DNA of 64,000 nucleotides, from the NCBI GenBank assembly GCA_039679385.1, contig JBDKVB010000017.1, positions 5,399-69,398 on the forward strand, written 5' to 3'. Source of the stretch: Armatimonadia bacterium. Lineage in GTDB: Bacteria; Armatimonadota; Zipacnadia; Zipacnadales; JABUFB01. This document shows positions 9,466 through 18,436 of the stretch, one piece after another (the stretch's first letter is position 1; each line of letters opens with the position of its first letter). The notes under the pieces were generated by a model. That model was not told where the DNA came from. It did no database searches and saw nothing but the letters and a program-made list of their open reading frames with translations. Both the position numbers and the translations under genes were made by a program.

Positions 9466-12400
9466 ATGAGATCACGCATGCAGTGGACCGCCTGCCTGGC
9501 ACTCACCCTCCTGGTGACTAGCGGCGCCCTGGCACAATTCCCCGGAATGCCCGGAATGCCGGGCGGAGGCGCAATGCCCGGGGACCTGAGCCAGTTACTG
9601 GGGCAGTTGGGTGGCATGATGGGTGGCGGCATGGAAGGCGCAGGGATGGGCATGGCGGCGGCGCCCGCCCCCAGCAAGTACATCTCCCCGCTGGTTCCCC
9701 TGTGCTGGGCAGTGGGCCGGTCGCAATACCCCGGCATCGCCTGCCTGTACGCGACCAAGCAGCAGAAAGCCCAGCTTGAGGCCCTGATTCGTCAGGTCGC
9801 CCCGAGCATCGAAGGGCGCTACTGGGTCAAGTTCGCCGACGTCACCGTTGATACCGATCCCCCCAGCTTCATCCGTGAGGTGCTCGCCGCCAAGTACCGC
9901 CTCCCCAAGGGCGGCGGCGGTGCGGCTGGAGCGGCCGCCGGTATGGAAGGCGGCAGCGCCGAGGCCGGTGCAATGGGAATGGGCATGGGGATGGAGGGCT
10001 CCGGCATGGCTGGAGCGGCGGCTGCCGGCAGCGTCTCCGATAAGGAACTCAAGGTCGAGGCCCGGCGTGCGGCTCCCTGCATCGTCATCTTCGGCAAGGA
10101 CATGTTCAGCCAGGGCGCAGGCGCTGCGACACCCGCTGCAGCAGCAACCGCCGCGATGCCCATGGAAGGCGGCAGCATGGACGCCAGCGGGATGATGGGT
10201 GGCGCCATGGGCGGCACTGCAGCTCCGGCGGCCGGCGGCAGCAAGTGGTCCCTGATGGACCGCAGCTTCATGGTCTACTGGTCCTTCGTCGGCAACAAGG
10301 AAGTCCCGACCCCGGAAATCCTGCGCTTCGTCCTCGACGCCGTGGGCGACCGTCAGGCCGGCATCGACCGCTTCGCGCGGCAGCTCAAGCAGGACAACAA
10401 GAACGCGAGTGTGACGCTGGAACTGGCTCGCGCTTACGTCCGCGCTCTGGAGCGCGGCAAGTCCTTCCTGCCGGGGCTCGGACTTAGCGCCGACCCGGCT
10501 CGTGCCCGGGTCGTCCAGCAGAATCAGTACATGGCGGACTACCTCCTGGCCCGCGCGGAGACCCTTGGCGGCGGCCGAAGCCTCGTGCGTGATATCCGCG
10601 ACGAGCAGGCCAAGCTCGCGGGCTCCTTCCGCTACTGCCCGCCGACAAGCCTCACTCCTATGCTGAGCCAGTACTTCCCGGGCATCGTGGGCTACTACCA
10701 GAATCAGGGCCAGCGTCTGCAGCTAGAGGCCTTGCTCGACACGCCCGCCGTCCAGCAGCAGATGAACAACGGCCACTACTGGTGCAAGCTGGTTAACCTC
10801 GTCTCGAAGGACACCGCCAAGGACACCAGCGTCATCGGCATGGTTCAGGACGAGAAGCTGGACGCCGAGATTGAGAACTACCCGGCCCTGGTCCTTTGCG
10901 GCCAGGACATCTTCAAAGAGGGCGACCCGGTCACTCCTGCCCAGGCAGCAGCAGCCGGTGCAAGCGCCGGCGGAGCAGGGATGGGCATGGAGGGGATGGC
11001 GGGCGCGCCTTCCGGTTCCGGCATGGAGACCGGCGGAGCGGCCGCGACACCCCAGGGCTCGACCTCCACTGATGACGGCAAGCTGACCGGCTGGATCCTC
11101 GGTGGCGCCGGAGCCGCTGCAGCCGGCACGACCACGGCGGCCATGCCCGGTGGTGCCAGCGGCAGCGCACCGGAGGGCATGCCCTCTGGTGGCGAGGCGA
11201 TGGCTGAAGGCACGATGCAGACCGCTGCGTCGGCCGTCGGCGAGATGACCTGGAGCGACTGGGACTATCGCCAGCCCAACCGCATGGCGTACCTGATGCA
11301 GTACGTCCTGTTCCAGGGCGCTCGAAGCGCCAAGGCCATTCCGAGCAGCGCAGACCTGGCCGCCAAGATGCAGACGGCCGTCACCATCGACAACGCCGCT
11401 CGTGCACTCAAGAACGACAAAGAGCATGACGACATCGATCTTCTCCTGACCGTCGGTCAGGGCTTCGTCGACCTCAAGCAGCACTACATGGCGGACTACT
11501 TCCTGGCTCGCGCAGAGAAGTGCGCCAAGGATCTGGACAAGAAGATCGCCGAGACCGAGAAGCGCCTCGCCGACGACGAGTTCGTCTCGGACTCCGAGCG
11601 CAACACCTGGAAGGACCGCTACGCCCGGCAGCGCGATGAGTTCGTCGTCTACCGCGATCGCATTCGCCAGCTCCGCATCGCCCTGCTCACGAGCTTCGGC
11701 AACGAGCAGCCGACGAACCAGATACCGGTTCTCCTCACCGACTTCCCCGGCATCATCGTCTTCTACGAGGGCGACTCCAGCTATGACCCGTCAGCAGCGG
11801 CCGAAGAACCGGATGCCAAGACGCCGGTCGTCAGCCGCCAGTCGGGCGCGGTTCGCTCCCTGCTGAGCCAGCCGCACATCGCCAAGTACATCGAAGACAA
11901 GTACTGGGTGAAGTACATCCGGGTCAAGTCCAGTGACAAGGATCCGCGGCCCGGTATCACGCCCAAGCCAGACTGGATGACCCGGCTCCCGGCAGTGCTC
12001 ATCATGGGCGCCGACCTCTTCCATACTGTCGGCCCGCGGGTAGCCGGTGGTAAGACGGCTGCCGGAGCGGCCGCAGCAGGAAGCGCTGAGACAGGCGCGA
12101 TGGCCGGCGGCGTGGCACCCGGCATGGAGATGGGCGCCGGCTCGATGGGCCCCGGTATGGAGGGTGCCGCAGGTGGCGCCGCTGCCGGTGTGTCCTCAAC
12201 AGGCGACCCGGCTGAGTGGCTCCCGCCTGCAGGTGGTGGAGCAGCAACCACCGCTCAGGCTGGCGCTGAGGGCTCGATGAGTGCTGAGGCCGGGGGCGCC
12301 ATGCCCATGGCAACCGCGGCAGCTCCTGCCGCCGGTGGGCCTCCGCAGCCGATCGGCATCCTCACCGGCACCTCGCCGATGGACGGCATGTTCGCCCAGT

Positions 12401-13713
12401 GGGCAGACTATGGTCACGAGAACCAACTGGGTCTGCGCCAGGGCTATGTGATGGTGCACTGGTCCTACATGGGCCGCAGCCAGCTCCCGCGGGAGTGGAA
12501 CCAGCAGGCGCACAGCGCCAGCCAGAAGCCGGAAGACTTCGACTACTTCCGCCGGCTCCTGGAGCGCACCTACGAGGTCGATCGCCTTGCGCACCAGGCC
12601 TACGAGGAGGAGCGACTGGCCTCGGGGATGACGCCCGCAGCCACTCCTGCCGCCACGACGGTGCTTGACCTGGCCTCCGAGTACGTTGGCCTCCCCGGAG
12701 CCTACATGGCTGAGTACATGCTGTCGCGCGCCGAGTACCTGGTGCAGCAGAAGTGGGAACCGGTGACCTCTCGCGTCACGAAGGCTGCAGACGCGGCCCT
12801 CGCCGAGCAGGCCAAGGGACGAGACTTCACCGGCGGCGACTACCTGGTAGAGATCCGCAACTTCCTGCAGCAGACACCCGAGGACCGGTCGGCCTGGATG
12901 GCCTCTCCGGCCCCGAAGGCATGGTTGGCGGCAACCGTCGCGCTCCGCCGCATGGGGATGCTTCCGACCGTCTACCTGCCGCAGTATGTGTCCCTGCAGT
13001 ACGCTTCAGCCGCCGGTGACGGGCAGGGCGCCATCGCCTCCTCCTCGCTGATGGGCCGCCCGATCCCGGCGTACTTCCAGCTCCCGCCGGAGAAGCTGAC
13101 CGACACCCAACTCAGGGAGGTTCGCACCTCTGCGATGAACGCGCTGTCGGCCGGCGCGATCGGCGTGGACCCGAAGGCGCTGTGGTCGCGGCTCCTGCTG
13201 GTTGAGACCGAACTGCGCGCTCGCCGCGGTGCCACCGACATCGATAGCTCCTGGCGCGAGATCATGTCCCTGTGGACGAGCCGCCAGCAGACCAGCACCG
13301 GCTACTCCGACAAGATACTCGAGGCGCTGGACAGGGCAGTCGACGGCGAGATCAACGTCCTCCGGGCCCTCAACGATGCGGGCATGCGCATGCAGGCAGC
13401 GCCGGGCTCCGGTGCGGACATGGCGAACCGGACGATGAGCGCCGCCACGGAGGAGAACCCGGACTGGGCGGGCAGCCCGCTGAGCGAAGTCGCCAGTCTG
13501 CGCGACTACCTCAAGGCCCGGCCGCACGATCGCGCTGCGGACCAGGCCCGTTACCTGATGGGCGTCATGCTCGAGACCGGGCCGACGGCAAACGACATGC
13601 GGCCGCTCACCAACGCAGCCTCTGAGCAGTACGGCAAGCTCAAGCCGATGGACACTCCGCCGCACTGGTGGCGTTTCGGCTATGGCCGCTGGGACCGCTT
13701 CCAGGCCAACTAA
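9466..13713 (+). CDS. Giant secreted hypothetical protein (1415 aa) with three tandem ~360-aa modules separated by Gly/Ala/Met-rich low-complexity linkers, plus a unique ~265-aa C-terminal region
   Basis: RBS AGGGAGAG 7 nt upstream. Signal peptide MRSRMQWTACLALTLLVTSGALA-QF. Motifs recur three times: YWVKFADV / YWCKLVNL / YWVKYIRV; MVYWSF / YLMQYV / VMVHWSY; YMADYLLARAE / YMADYFLARAE / YMAEYMLSRAE. No known family recognised. Confidence 0.8.
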   Translation: MRSRMQWTACLALTLLVTSGALAQFPGMPGMPGGGAMPGDLSQLLGQLGGMMGGGMEGAGMGMAAAPAPSKYISPLVPLCWAVGRSQYPGIACLYATKQQKAQLEALIRQVAPSIEGRYWVKFADVTVDTDPPSFIREVLAAKYRLPKGGGGAAGAAAGMEGGSAEAGAMGMGMGMEGSGMAGAAAAGSVSDKELKVEARRAAPCIVIFGKDMFSQGAGAATPAAAATAAMPMEGGSMDASGMMGGAMGGTAAPAAGGSKWSLMDRSFMVYWSFVGNKEVPTPEILRFVLDAVGDRQAGIDRFARQLKQDNKNASVTLELARAYVRALERGKSFLPGLGLSADPARARVVQQNQYMADYLLARAETLGGGRSLVRDIRDEQAKLAGSFRYCPPTSLTPMLSQYFPGIVGYYQNQGQRLQLEALLDTPAVQQQMNNGHYWCKLVNLVSKDTAKDTSVIGMVQDEKLDAEIENYPALVLCGQDIFKEGDPVTPAQAAAAGASAGGAGMGMEGMAGAPSGSGMETGGAAATPQGSTSTDDGKLTGWILGGAGAAAAGTTTAAMPGGASGSAPEGMPSGGEAMAEGTMQTAASAVGEMTWSDWDYRQPNRMAYLMQYVLFQGARSAKAIPSSADLAAKMQTAVTIDNAARALKNDKEHDDIDLLLTVGQGFVDLKQHYMADYFLARAEKCAKDLDKKIAETEKRLADDEFVSDSERNTWKDRYARQRDEFVVYRDRIRQLRIALLTSFGNEQPTNQIPVLLTDFPGIIVFYEGDSSYDPSAAAEEPDAKTPVVSRQSGAVRSLLSQPHIAKYIEDKYWVKYIRVKSSDKDPRPGITPKPDWMTRLPAVLIMGADLFHTVGPRVAGGKTAAGAAAAGSAETGAMAGGVAPGMEMGAGSMGPGMEGAAGGAAAGVSSTGDPAEWLPPAGGGAATTAQAGAEGSMSAEAGGAMPMATAAAPAAGGPPQPIGILTGTSPMDGMFAQWADYGHENQLGLRQGYVMVHWSYMGRSQLPREWNQQAHSASQKPEDFDYFRRLLERTYEVDRLAHQAYEEERLASGMTPAATPAATTVLDLASEYVGLPGAYMAEYMLSRAEYLVQQKWEPVTSRVTKAADAALAEQAKGRDFTGGDYLVEIRNFLQQTPEDRSAWMASPAPKAWLAATVALRRMGMLPTVYLPQYVSLQYASAAGDGQGAIASSSLMGRPIPAYFQLPPEKLTDTQLREVRTSAMNALSAGAIGVDPKALWSRLLLVETELRARRGATDIDSSWREIMSLWTSRQQTSTGYSDKILEALDRAVDGEINVLRALNDAGMRMQAAPGSGADMANRTMSAATEENPDWAGSPLSEVASLRDYLKARPHDRAADQARYLMGVMLETGPTANDMRPLTNAASEQYGKLKPMDTPPHWWRFGYGRWDRFQAN

Positions 13714-13729
13714 GGTACTCACGACGAGG

Positions 13730-13758
13730 GACCTTCTTCTCTCAGAGTGAAGAAGGTC
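13730..13758 (+). terminator. Hairpin (10-bp stem gaccttcttc/gaagaaggtc) immediately after the giant gene
   Basis: Perfect inverted repeat 17 nt after the stop. No strong U-tract, so it may be a stabiliser rather than a terminator. Confidence 0.35.
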
Positions 13759-13782
13759 TCCTCTGTCTCCAGGACGAACTAG

Positions 13783-13818
13783 CAGGCCGCGGCTGATACA
13801 GTCGCGGCCTGTCCTTTT
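13783..13818 (+). terminator. Intrinsic terminator (9-bp stem caggccgcg/cgcggcctg, 11-nt loop, tail tcctttt)
   Basis: Inverted repeat plus T-tract read from the sequence. Confidence 0.55.
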
Positions 13819-13908
13819 GTAGCGCGCGCTGAGCAAGCGCGGGAGGCATGTGCACGCCCTGCGGGCCGATCTGTGCCGCAAGGCGACCATCCCTGGCCTT
13901 CGCGTTGC

Positions 13909-13938
13909 TTGACGGGTTGCGTGGAATGCGGCTATACT
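13909..13938 (+). promoter_or_regulatory. Near-consensus sigma70 promoter TTGACG-N18-TATACT driving the third low-complexity gene
   Basis: Hexamers read directly. Almost identical in architecture to the ilvD promoter at 40292. Confidence 0.5.
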
Positions 13939-14001
13939 CATTTGGCGAGCCACTTCCATATAGCCCTCGAGTCGCCGCAAGCCTTTCGAGGTGGTTTCTT
14001 C

Positions 14002-15363
14002 ATGCGCTTTAAACGGCTGCTGCCCTACGCAATCGCCATCGTCGTTGTGGGCTTTGCGTGCTCCGTCGTCACCGTGACCAAGCCCTTCGCCCAGGGAGAG
14101 CCCAGTGCCGCGCCTCCCACCGATGCCGCAAGCGGCGCGCCGCCTGAGGCAGCCAGCGGCTCGCCCTCCGGCGAACCCGGCGCAGGGCCCGCTCAGGGCG
14201 CTGCCGGTGGTGGCGGTGCAGGTTATTCCTGGAGCGAGGCGACCATGCCGGAAGAGCTCCTCATGACCTATGGGGAGTTCCTGACCCAGGAGGCCCAGGC
14301 TCCGGTGCCGCTTCCGGAGTTCTACCTGCTAGAGGACAACGGGACGCCCAAGAAGTACACGCGCAACCAGTGGTACGGCCTCAGCCGGATCTATGCCGAC
14401 CAGCCGGTCAAGCCCGACGTGAAGCTCGTCGGCACCCCCGGCAACAGCCTGTGGAACCAGGTCTACCTGGAGGCTGCGGTCAAGCACAATGAGGTCAATG
14501 CCATGTGGTCGTGCTGGCAGGATGCGACCACCAACTTCTGGTTCGAGGTTGGGTACCCGCGCATCGGCCCGCAACTGCTGCAGTATGACTGGACGCGCAA
14601 GGCCATCCGCAACCCGGACGGGACCATCCGCTGGGGACGCTGGGAGGCCACGCTGCCCGACCGCTTCACCATCGTGGTGCCGGTGGTCATGCATGTGAAG
14701 GACCGCTGCCAGCAGACCTTCGGTACGCGGTTCTACAACCGCATGAAGCCCTTCGATAACATGGGCGATGGCCGCTCGCCCTTCAAGTTCATGACCTACT
14801 CCGGCGGCTACTACCGCCCCAACACCTTCTACCTGGCCGATGAGGCCATCCAGGTGTGGGCGGGTCTCTGGAGTGACCTGCGGGTCCAGCTCCGTCTGTT
14901 CGATCCGACGAACACTGAGGTTGTCAGGGCAGCCCAAGGCTCGGGCCTCAGCCCGGCGATCTTCACTCAGATGGTGCATCCGCCAGTCATCAACTACCAG
15001 CCCCGCTACCGGCTCCTCCTGCCTCATGAGGACGACCGGTTCAAGGGTGGCCGTTTGGCGCTCGAGGGTCAGGAAGGCTGGTACTTTGAGTTCTCCTTCA
15101 CCCTCACCCGCGACCAGTTGCGCTCCGTCACCAACGCGGAGGCTCGCCTCGTGTGCATGGTGAACGGCGCTCCGACACCGCCGCAGCGCATGAAGTTCCT
15201 GGCCGGTGCAGCAGGCGCAGCCGGTGGCGCTGCGGGTGCTGCCGGCGCCCCTGGTGCCCCTGGCGCCCCGTCCGGTATGCCGGGAGAGCCGGGCGCACCC
15301 GGCGGCAGTGCCGAAGCACCCAGTGGTTCGCCTTCCGAACCGGCGCCCGCTGTGGCTCCCTAA
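14002..15363 (+). CDS. Hypothetical protein with an N-terminal signal-anchor, Ala/Pro/Gly/Ser-rich tracts at both ends and a central ~330-aa Trp/Tyr-rich domain of unknown function
   Basis: ATG at 14002 (MRFKRLLPYAIAIVVVGFACSVV TM helix) preferred over the in-frame GTG at 13873. C-terminus is GAAGAAGGAAGAAGAPGAPGAPSGMPGEPGAPGG. No recognised family. Confidence 0.7.
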   Translation: MRFKRLLPYAIAIVVVGFACSVVTVTKPFAQGEPSAAPPTDAASGAPPEAASGSPSGEPGAGPAQGAAGGGGAGYSWSEATMPEELLMTYGEFLTQEAQAPVPLPEFYLLEDNGTPKKYTRNQWYGLSRIYADQPVKPDVKLVGTPGNSLWNQVYLEAAVKHNEVNAMWSCWQDATTNFWFEVGYPRIGPQLLQYDWTRKAIRNPDGTIRWGRWEATLPDRFTIVVPVVMHVKDRCQQTFGTRFYNRMKPFDNMGDGRSPFKFMTYSGGYYRPNTFYLADEAIQVWAGLWSDLRVQLRLFDPTNTEVVRAAQGSGLSPAIFTQMVHPPVINYQPRYRLLLPHEDDRFKGGRLALEGQEGWYFEFSFTLTRDQLRSVTNAEARLVCMVNGAPTPPQRMKFLAGAAGAAGGAAGAAGAPGAPGAPSGMPGEPGAPGGSAEAPSGSPSEPAPAVAP

Positions 15364-15404
15364 GGCCGGACAACAACTCGCTGCACATCCATAGGCAGAA
15401 CAAA

Positions 15405-15429
15405 GGGCTCGCCGCGTGCGAGCCCTTTT
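15405..15429 (+). terminator. Intrinsic terminator (stem gggctcgc/gcgagccc, loop cgcgt, tttt)
   Basis: Perfect 8-bp hairpin plus U-tract 42 nt after the stop at 15363. Confidence 0.6.
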
Positions 15430-15461
15430 CGTACCCATCGACCTGTCGGCAGGTGAGACCC

Positions 15462-16610
15462 ATGAAGGACTTCGCGATCCGCAGTCCACAGGAAGTGCGT
15501 TTCGGTTGGGGGGCGATTGGTGGCCTCCCGCAGGCTGTGGCCCGTTTGGGTGCGCGTCCGCTGGTGGTGACCGGCGGGGCCTCGATCGAGGCTGGTGGCC
15601 GGCTGGCAACCATCCTCACCTCGCTGACCGACGCCGGTCTCACACCCGTCCGTTTCCGGGGCGTTGAGCACGACCCCTCAGTGGAAACAATCGACCGTGG
15701 GCGCGGTGTGCTGGCTGCAGAGGGATGCGACTGCGTGGTCGCGATCGGTGGCGGAAGCGTGATGGATGCTGGGAAGGCTATCGCGGGGCTTGCCGGGGAG
15801 TCTGCGCCCACGGCCGACTTCGTCGCGGGCAGGGCCATCACCGGTCGCTGCCTGCCGATGGTGGCCTGCACCACGACCTCGGGCACCGGCTCCGAGGTGA
15901 CCCATGTGGCGGTGCTGACGGACTCTTCGCGTCAGGTCAAGGCCAGCATCCGCACCGAGGGGATGATGCCTGCGGTCGCGATCGTGGACCCGGAGCTAAC
16001 GGTGTCGATGTCTCCGGAGACGACTGCCTTCACCGGGCTTGATGCCCTCACGCAGGCCCTTGAGTCCTATATCTCCGTCGGCGCGAATCCCTTCAGTGAC
16101 CCGCTTGCCCTGCAGGCTGCGACCCTTCTCACGGGGTCGGTACGGAAGGCTGTGCGAGAGGGCAGCGACCGTGCCGTCCGCGAGAACATGGCTGCCGGGA
16201 GCATGCTTGCGGGTCTGGCCCTGGCGAGTGCCAGACTGGGCCTGGTGCACGGCCTGGCTCATCCCCTGGGGGTGCTGTACCACCTCGCCCACGGGCAGGC
16301 CTGTGCGCTGCTGCTTCCGCACGTGCTGGAGTTCAACGCCCCGGTGGCCGAGGCCAAGCTCGCGTGTCTTGCCCGTGCCTGCGGCATCTCCTCCAACCCG
16401 GTCGACACTGCAGCCGCCTACATGCTGGTTGTATGGGTGCGCGAGTTGTGCGCCGAACTGGGCTGCCTGCAGCCACTGGCGGACCTGGGTCTTCGGCGAG
16501 AGGACTTCGGCGCCATCACGGCGGCCACAATGGCCTCGGGTTCCACCAAGGCCAATCCCCGCCCCGTCACCGAGGCCGATGTGACCCGTATCCTCAATCG
16601 TGCCGCCTAA
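15462..16610 (+). CDS. Iron-containing (group III) alcohol dehydrogenase
   Basis: GGGSVMDAGKAIA glycine motif and two conserved His-rich regions (HGLAHPLG...H). Start trimmed to the ATG at 15462; the listed ORF runs further upstream. Confidence 0.8.
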   Translation: MKDFAIRSPQEVRFGWGAIGGLPQAVARLGARPLVVTGGASIEAGGRLATILTSLTDAGLTPVRFRGVEHDPSVETIDRGRGVLAAEGCDCVVAIGGGSVMDAGKAIAGLAGESAPTADFVAGRAITGRCLPMVACTTTSGTGSEVTHVAVLTDSSRQVKASIRTEGMMPAVAIVDPELTVSMSPETTAFTGLDALTQALESYISVGANPFSDPLALQAATLLTGSVRKAVREGSDRAVRENMAAGSMLAGLALASARLGLVHGLAHPLGVLYHLAHGQACALLLPHVLEFNAPVAEAKLACLARACGISSNPVDTAAAYMLVVWVRELCAELGCLQPLADLGLRREDFGAITAATMASGSTKANPRPVTEADVTRILNRAA

Positions 16611-16693
16611 CCCCACGTCTAACTCTGTCCCAAAGGAAAGCGGGCGTCCCACTGGGACGCCCGCTTTTGTGTCTGGTCAGGAGACGAGGCCGG

Positions 16694-17692
16694 TCAGAAC
16701 CCAAGCTCAAGTCGGCCGTCAGGCAGCCATTGCTTGCAGTACTCGGCGCTCTCCCGCAGTTGGTCGAGCAGGACCTCTGTGGGGGTCAGCGGATCGGGTC
16801 GCACATCGACGATCAGCCAGTGTACGTCCGTCGGCTCCAGGACCTCAGATACCCAGCTATCGGCGAAGTGCTCGTGAGCCTGCACGAGAGACTCAATGAT
16901 CGCGTCGAGGCGCAGGTATCCCTGCTGGTTGTACTCCTCGGTGAAGGGCCAGAACCGGCAGGCCTCGGGTGTTGTCTGCTGCAGGCGGATGACCTCGGCG
17001 AAGGGTCCCAGGGCACGGAGCCACTCGCGGTAGTCCAGGTCCTTGCCATGCAGCCCGTGGTGCATTCCCGCCATCTGTCCGAGGTTCAGGGACAGTCGGA
17101 TCGGGCAGCCAGAGTTCTTGCGGTTAGCCTCGATCAGGAACTCCTCGGCCTGCTTGAGGGTCCAGGGCACGCAGGAGGGAACGCAGCCCTGATCCTGCGA
17201 GATCGAGGCCAAGCCCTTGTCGCGCCCGATCTGCGCCAGGTCGCGCAACAGCTCGATGAGCCGCTTGACGGCCTGCTTGCAGCCGTACTCCCCGCTCTCA
17301 AGGACCTCGGCGGAGATCGTGTCCCAGTGGCCGGCGATGCGGTTGGTACCGACCTCACGCGCCAGGTCCATACAGGTGACGATCCACTCAATCATCTTCT
17401 GTCGAGGGATCGGGTCGGCATGTGAGATCCCGTGAAACAGTCGCGGCGCGAGACCCGCGTAGACATCGGAGACAACGACATTGTACTCTTCGGTTGCTTC
17501 GCGTGCCTCCCGGGCCTGTGAGAGTTGAAAGTGGCGATCCCCTGAGAAGAAGGGGTCAAGGACATCCGTATTCAGTTCGTGACAGGAGTAACCAAGCTCG
17601 GAAGTCAGGCGGATCCAGTTCTGCGGCTGCTCCCAGCGGCCGACACAGAAGGCGCCGCTGAGGCCAAGGTGCAACTGCAACGTGCGGGGCAT
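16694..17692 (-). CDS. Sugar phosphate isomerase/epimerase (xylose isomerase-like TIM barrel)
   Basis: Length and an overall pattern of Asp/Glu/His metal-ligand spacing typical of the AP endonuclease 2 / xylose isomerase-like fold. Moderate confidence. Confidence 0.6.
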   Translation of the reverse strand: MPRTLQLHLGLSGAFCVGRWEQPQNWIRLTSELGYSCHELNTDVLDPFFSGDRHFQLSQAREAREATEEYNVVVSDVYAGLAPRLFHGISHADPIPRQKMIEWIVTCMDLAREVGTNRIAGHWDTISAEVLESGEYGCKQAVKRLIELLRDLAQIGRDKGLASISQDQGCVPSCVPWTLKQAEEFLIEANRKNSGCPIRLSLNLGQMAGMHHGLHGKDLDYREWLRALGPFAEVIRLQQTTPEACRFWPFTEEYNQQGYLRLDAIIESLVQAHEHFADSWVSEVLEPTDVHWLIVDVRPDPLTPTEVLLDQLRESAEYCKQWLPDGRLELGF

Positions 17693-17914
17693 TCGACTCT
17701 CCCATAAGGTCGCAGACCATCGAGGCAGAGCCTAGGATCGGCAGGAGGCGGACGAGAGCTCCCTCAACCGCCCGGACGTGCGGTCCACGTGACCGCTGAC
17801 TCGCGGGCAGTACCGGGGCCGGAGCCACCTGCCGTTCAACTGCGGGCTCTGGGGCAGAGCTAACGAACGCCGACCCGGCCGGACCAACTCACTGGTCGGT
17901 TGCCGGGGCCGGCG

Positions 17915-18430
17915 TCAAGAGGTGACGTGCTGCACCATAGCTTCCAAGGGTCTGCGATCGCGTGCCGCCGGGCTCTCTGCCGGATAGCCCAGCGGGGTTA
18001 GTACAACAGGCTCCAGCTCCTCGGGCAGGCTCAGGGCGCTCGAGAGCGCCTTTGCATCGAAGGCGCCGATCCAGCAGGTTCCGAGCCCCTCCGCGGTAGC
18101 TGCGAGAATGATATGGTCCATCACGATTGCGGCGTCAACATCGGCGAAGCACTTGCCGTCGGAGCGCGTCCAGGCACGATCCGACTGCGAGCAGACGACG
18201 ATCACTGCGGGAGCGCTCCAGCACCACTCACGTCCGTAGGCGGCCTTGAGCTTCTCCCGCGCTGCACCAGTGATCACGAGGATCTGCACCGGCTGGCGGT
18301 TGGCGGCAGTCGGTGCCAGACGACCGGCTTCGAGAACGCGGTTGAGTTTGTCGGCCTCGACCGCGTCAGGCTTGTAGGCGCGAATACTGCGACGCGACTG
18401 AATCACATCGTACAGCTCCACCCTACCCAC
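17915..18430 (-). CDS. Nitroreductase family protein
   Basis: RRSIRAYKPDAV...APTAANRQP FMN-binding motifs. 171 aa. Confidence 0.8.
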   Translation of the reverse strand: MGRVELYDVIQSRRSIRAYKPDAVEADKLNRVLEAGRLAPTAANRQPVQILVITGAAREKLKAAYGREWCWSAPAVIVVCSQSDRAWTRSDGKCFADVDAAIVMDHIILAATAEGLGTCWIGAFDAKALSSALSLPEELEPVVLTPLGYPAESPAARDRRPLEAMVQHVTS

Positions 18431-18436
18431 CTCCTG

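Noticed and set aside
13873-14001. GTG start at 13873 for the third low-complexity gene
   Set aside because: The -10 element of the strong promoter lies at 13933-13938, downstream of that GTG. The ATG at 14002 follows a GAGGTGG RBS and begins directly with a signal-anchor helix.
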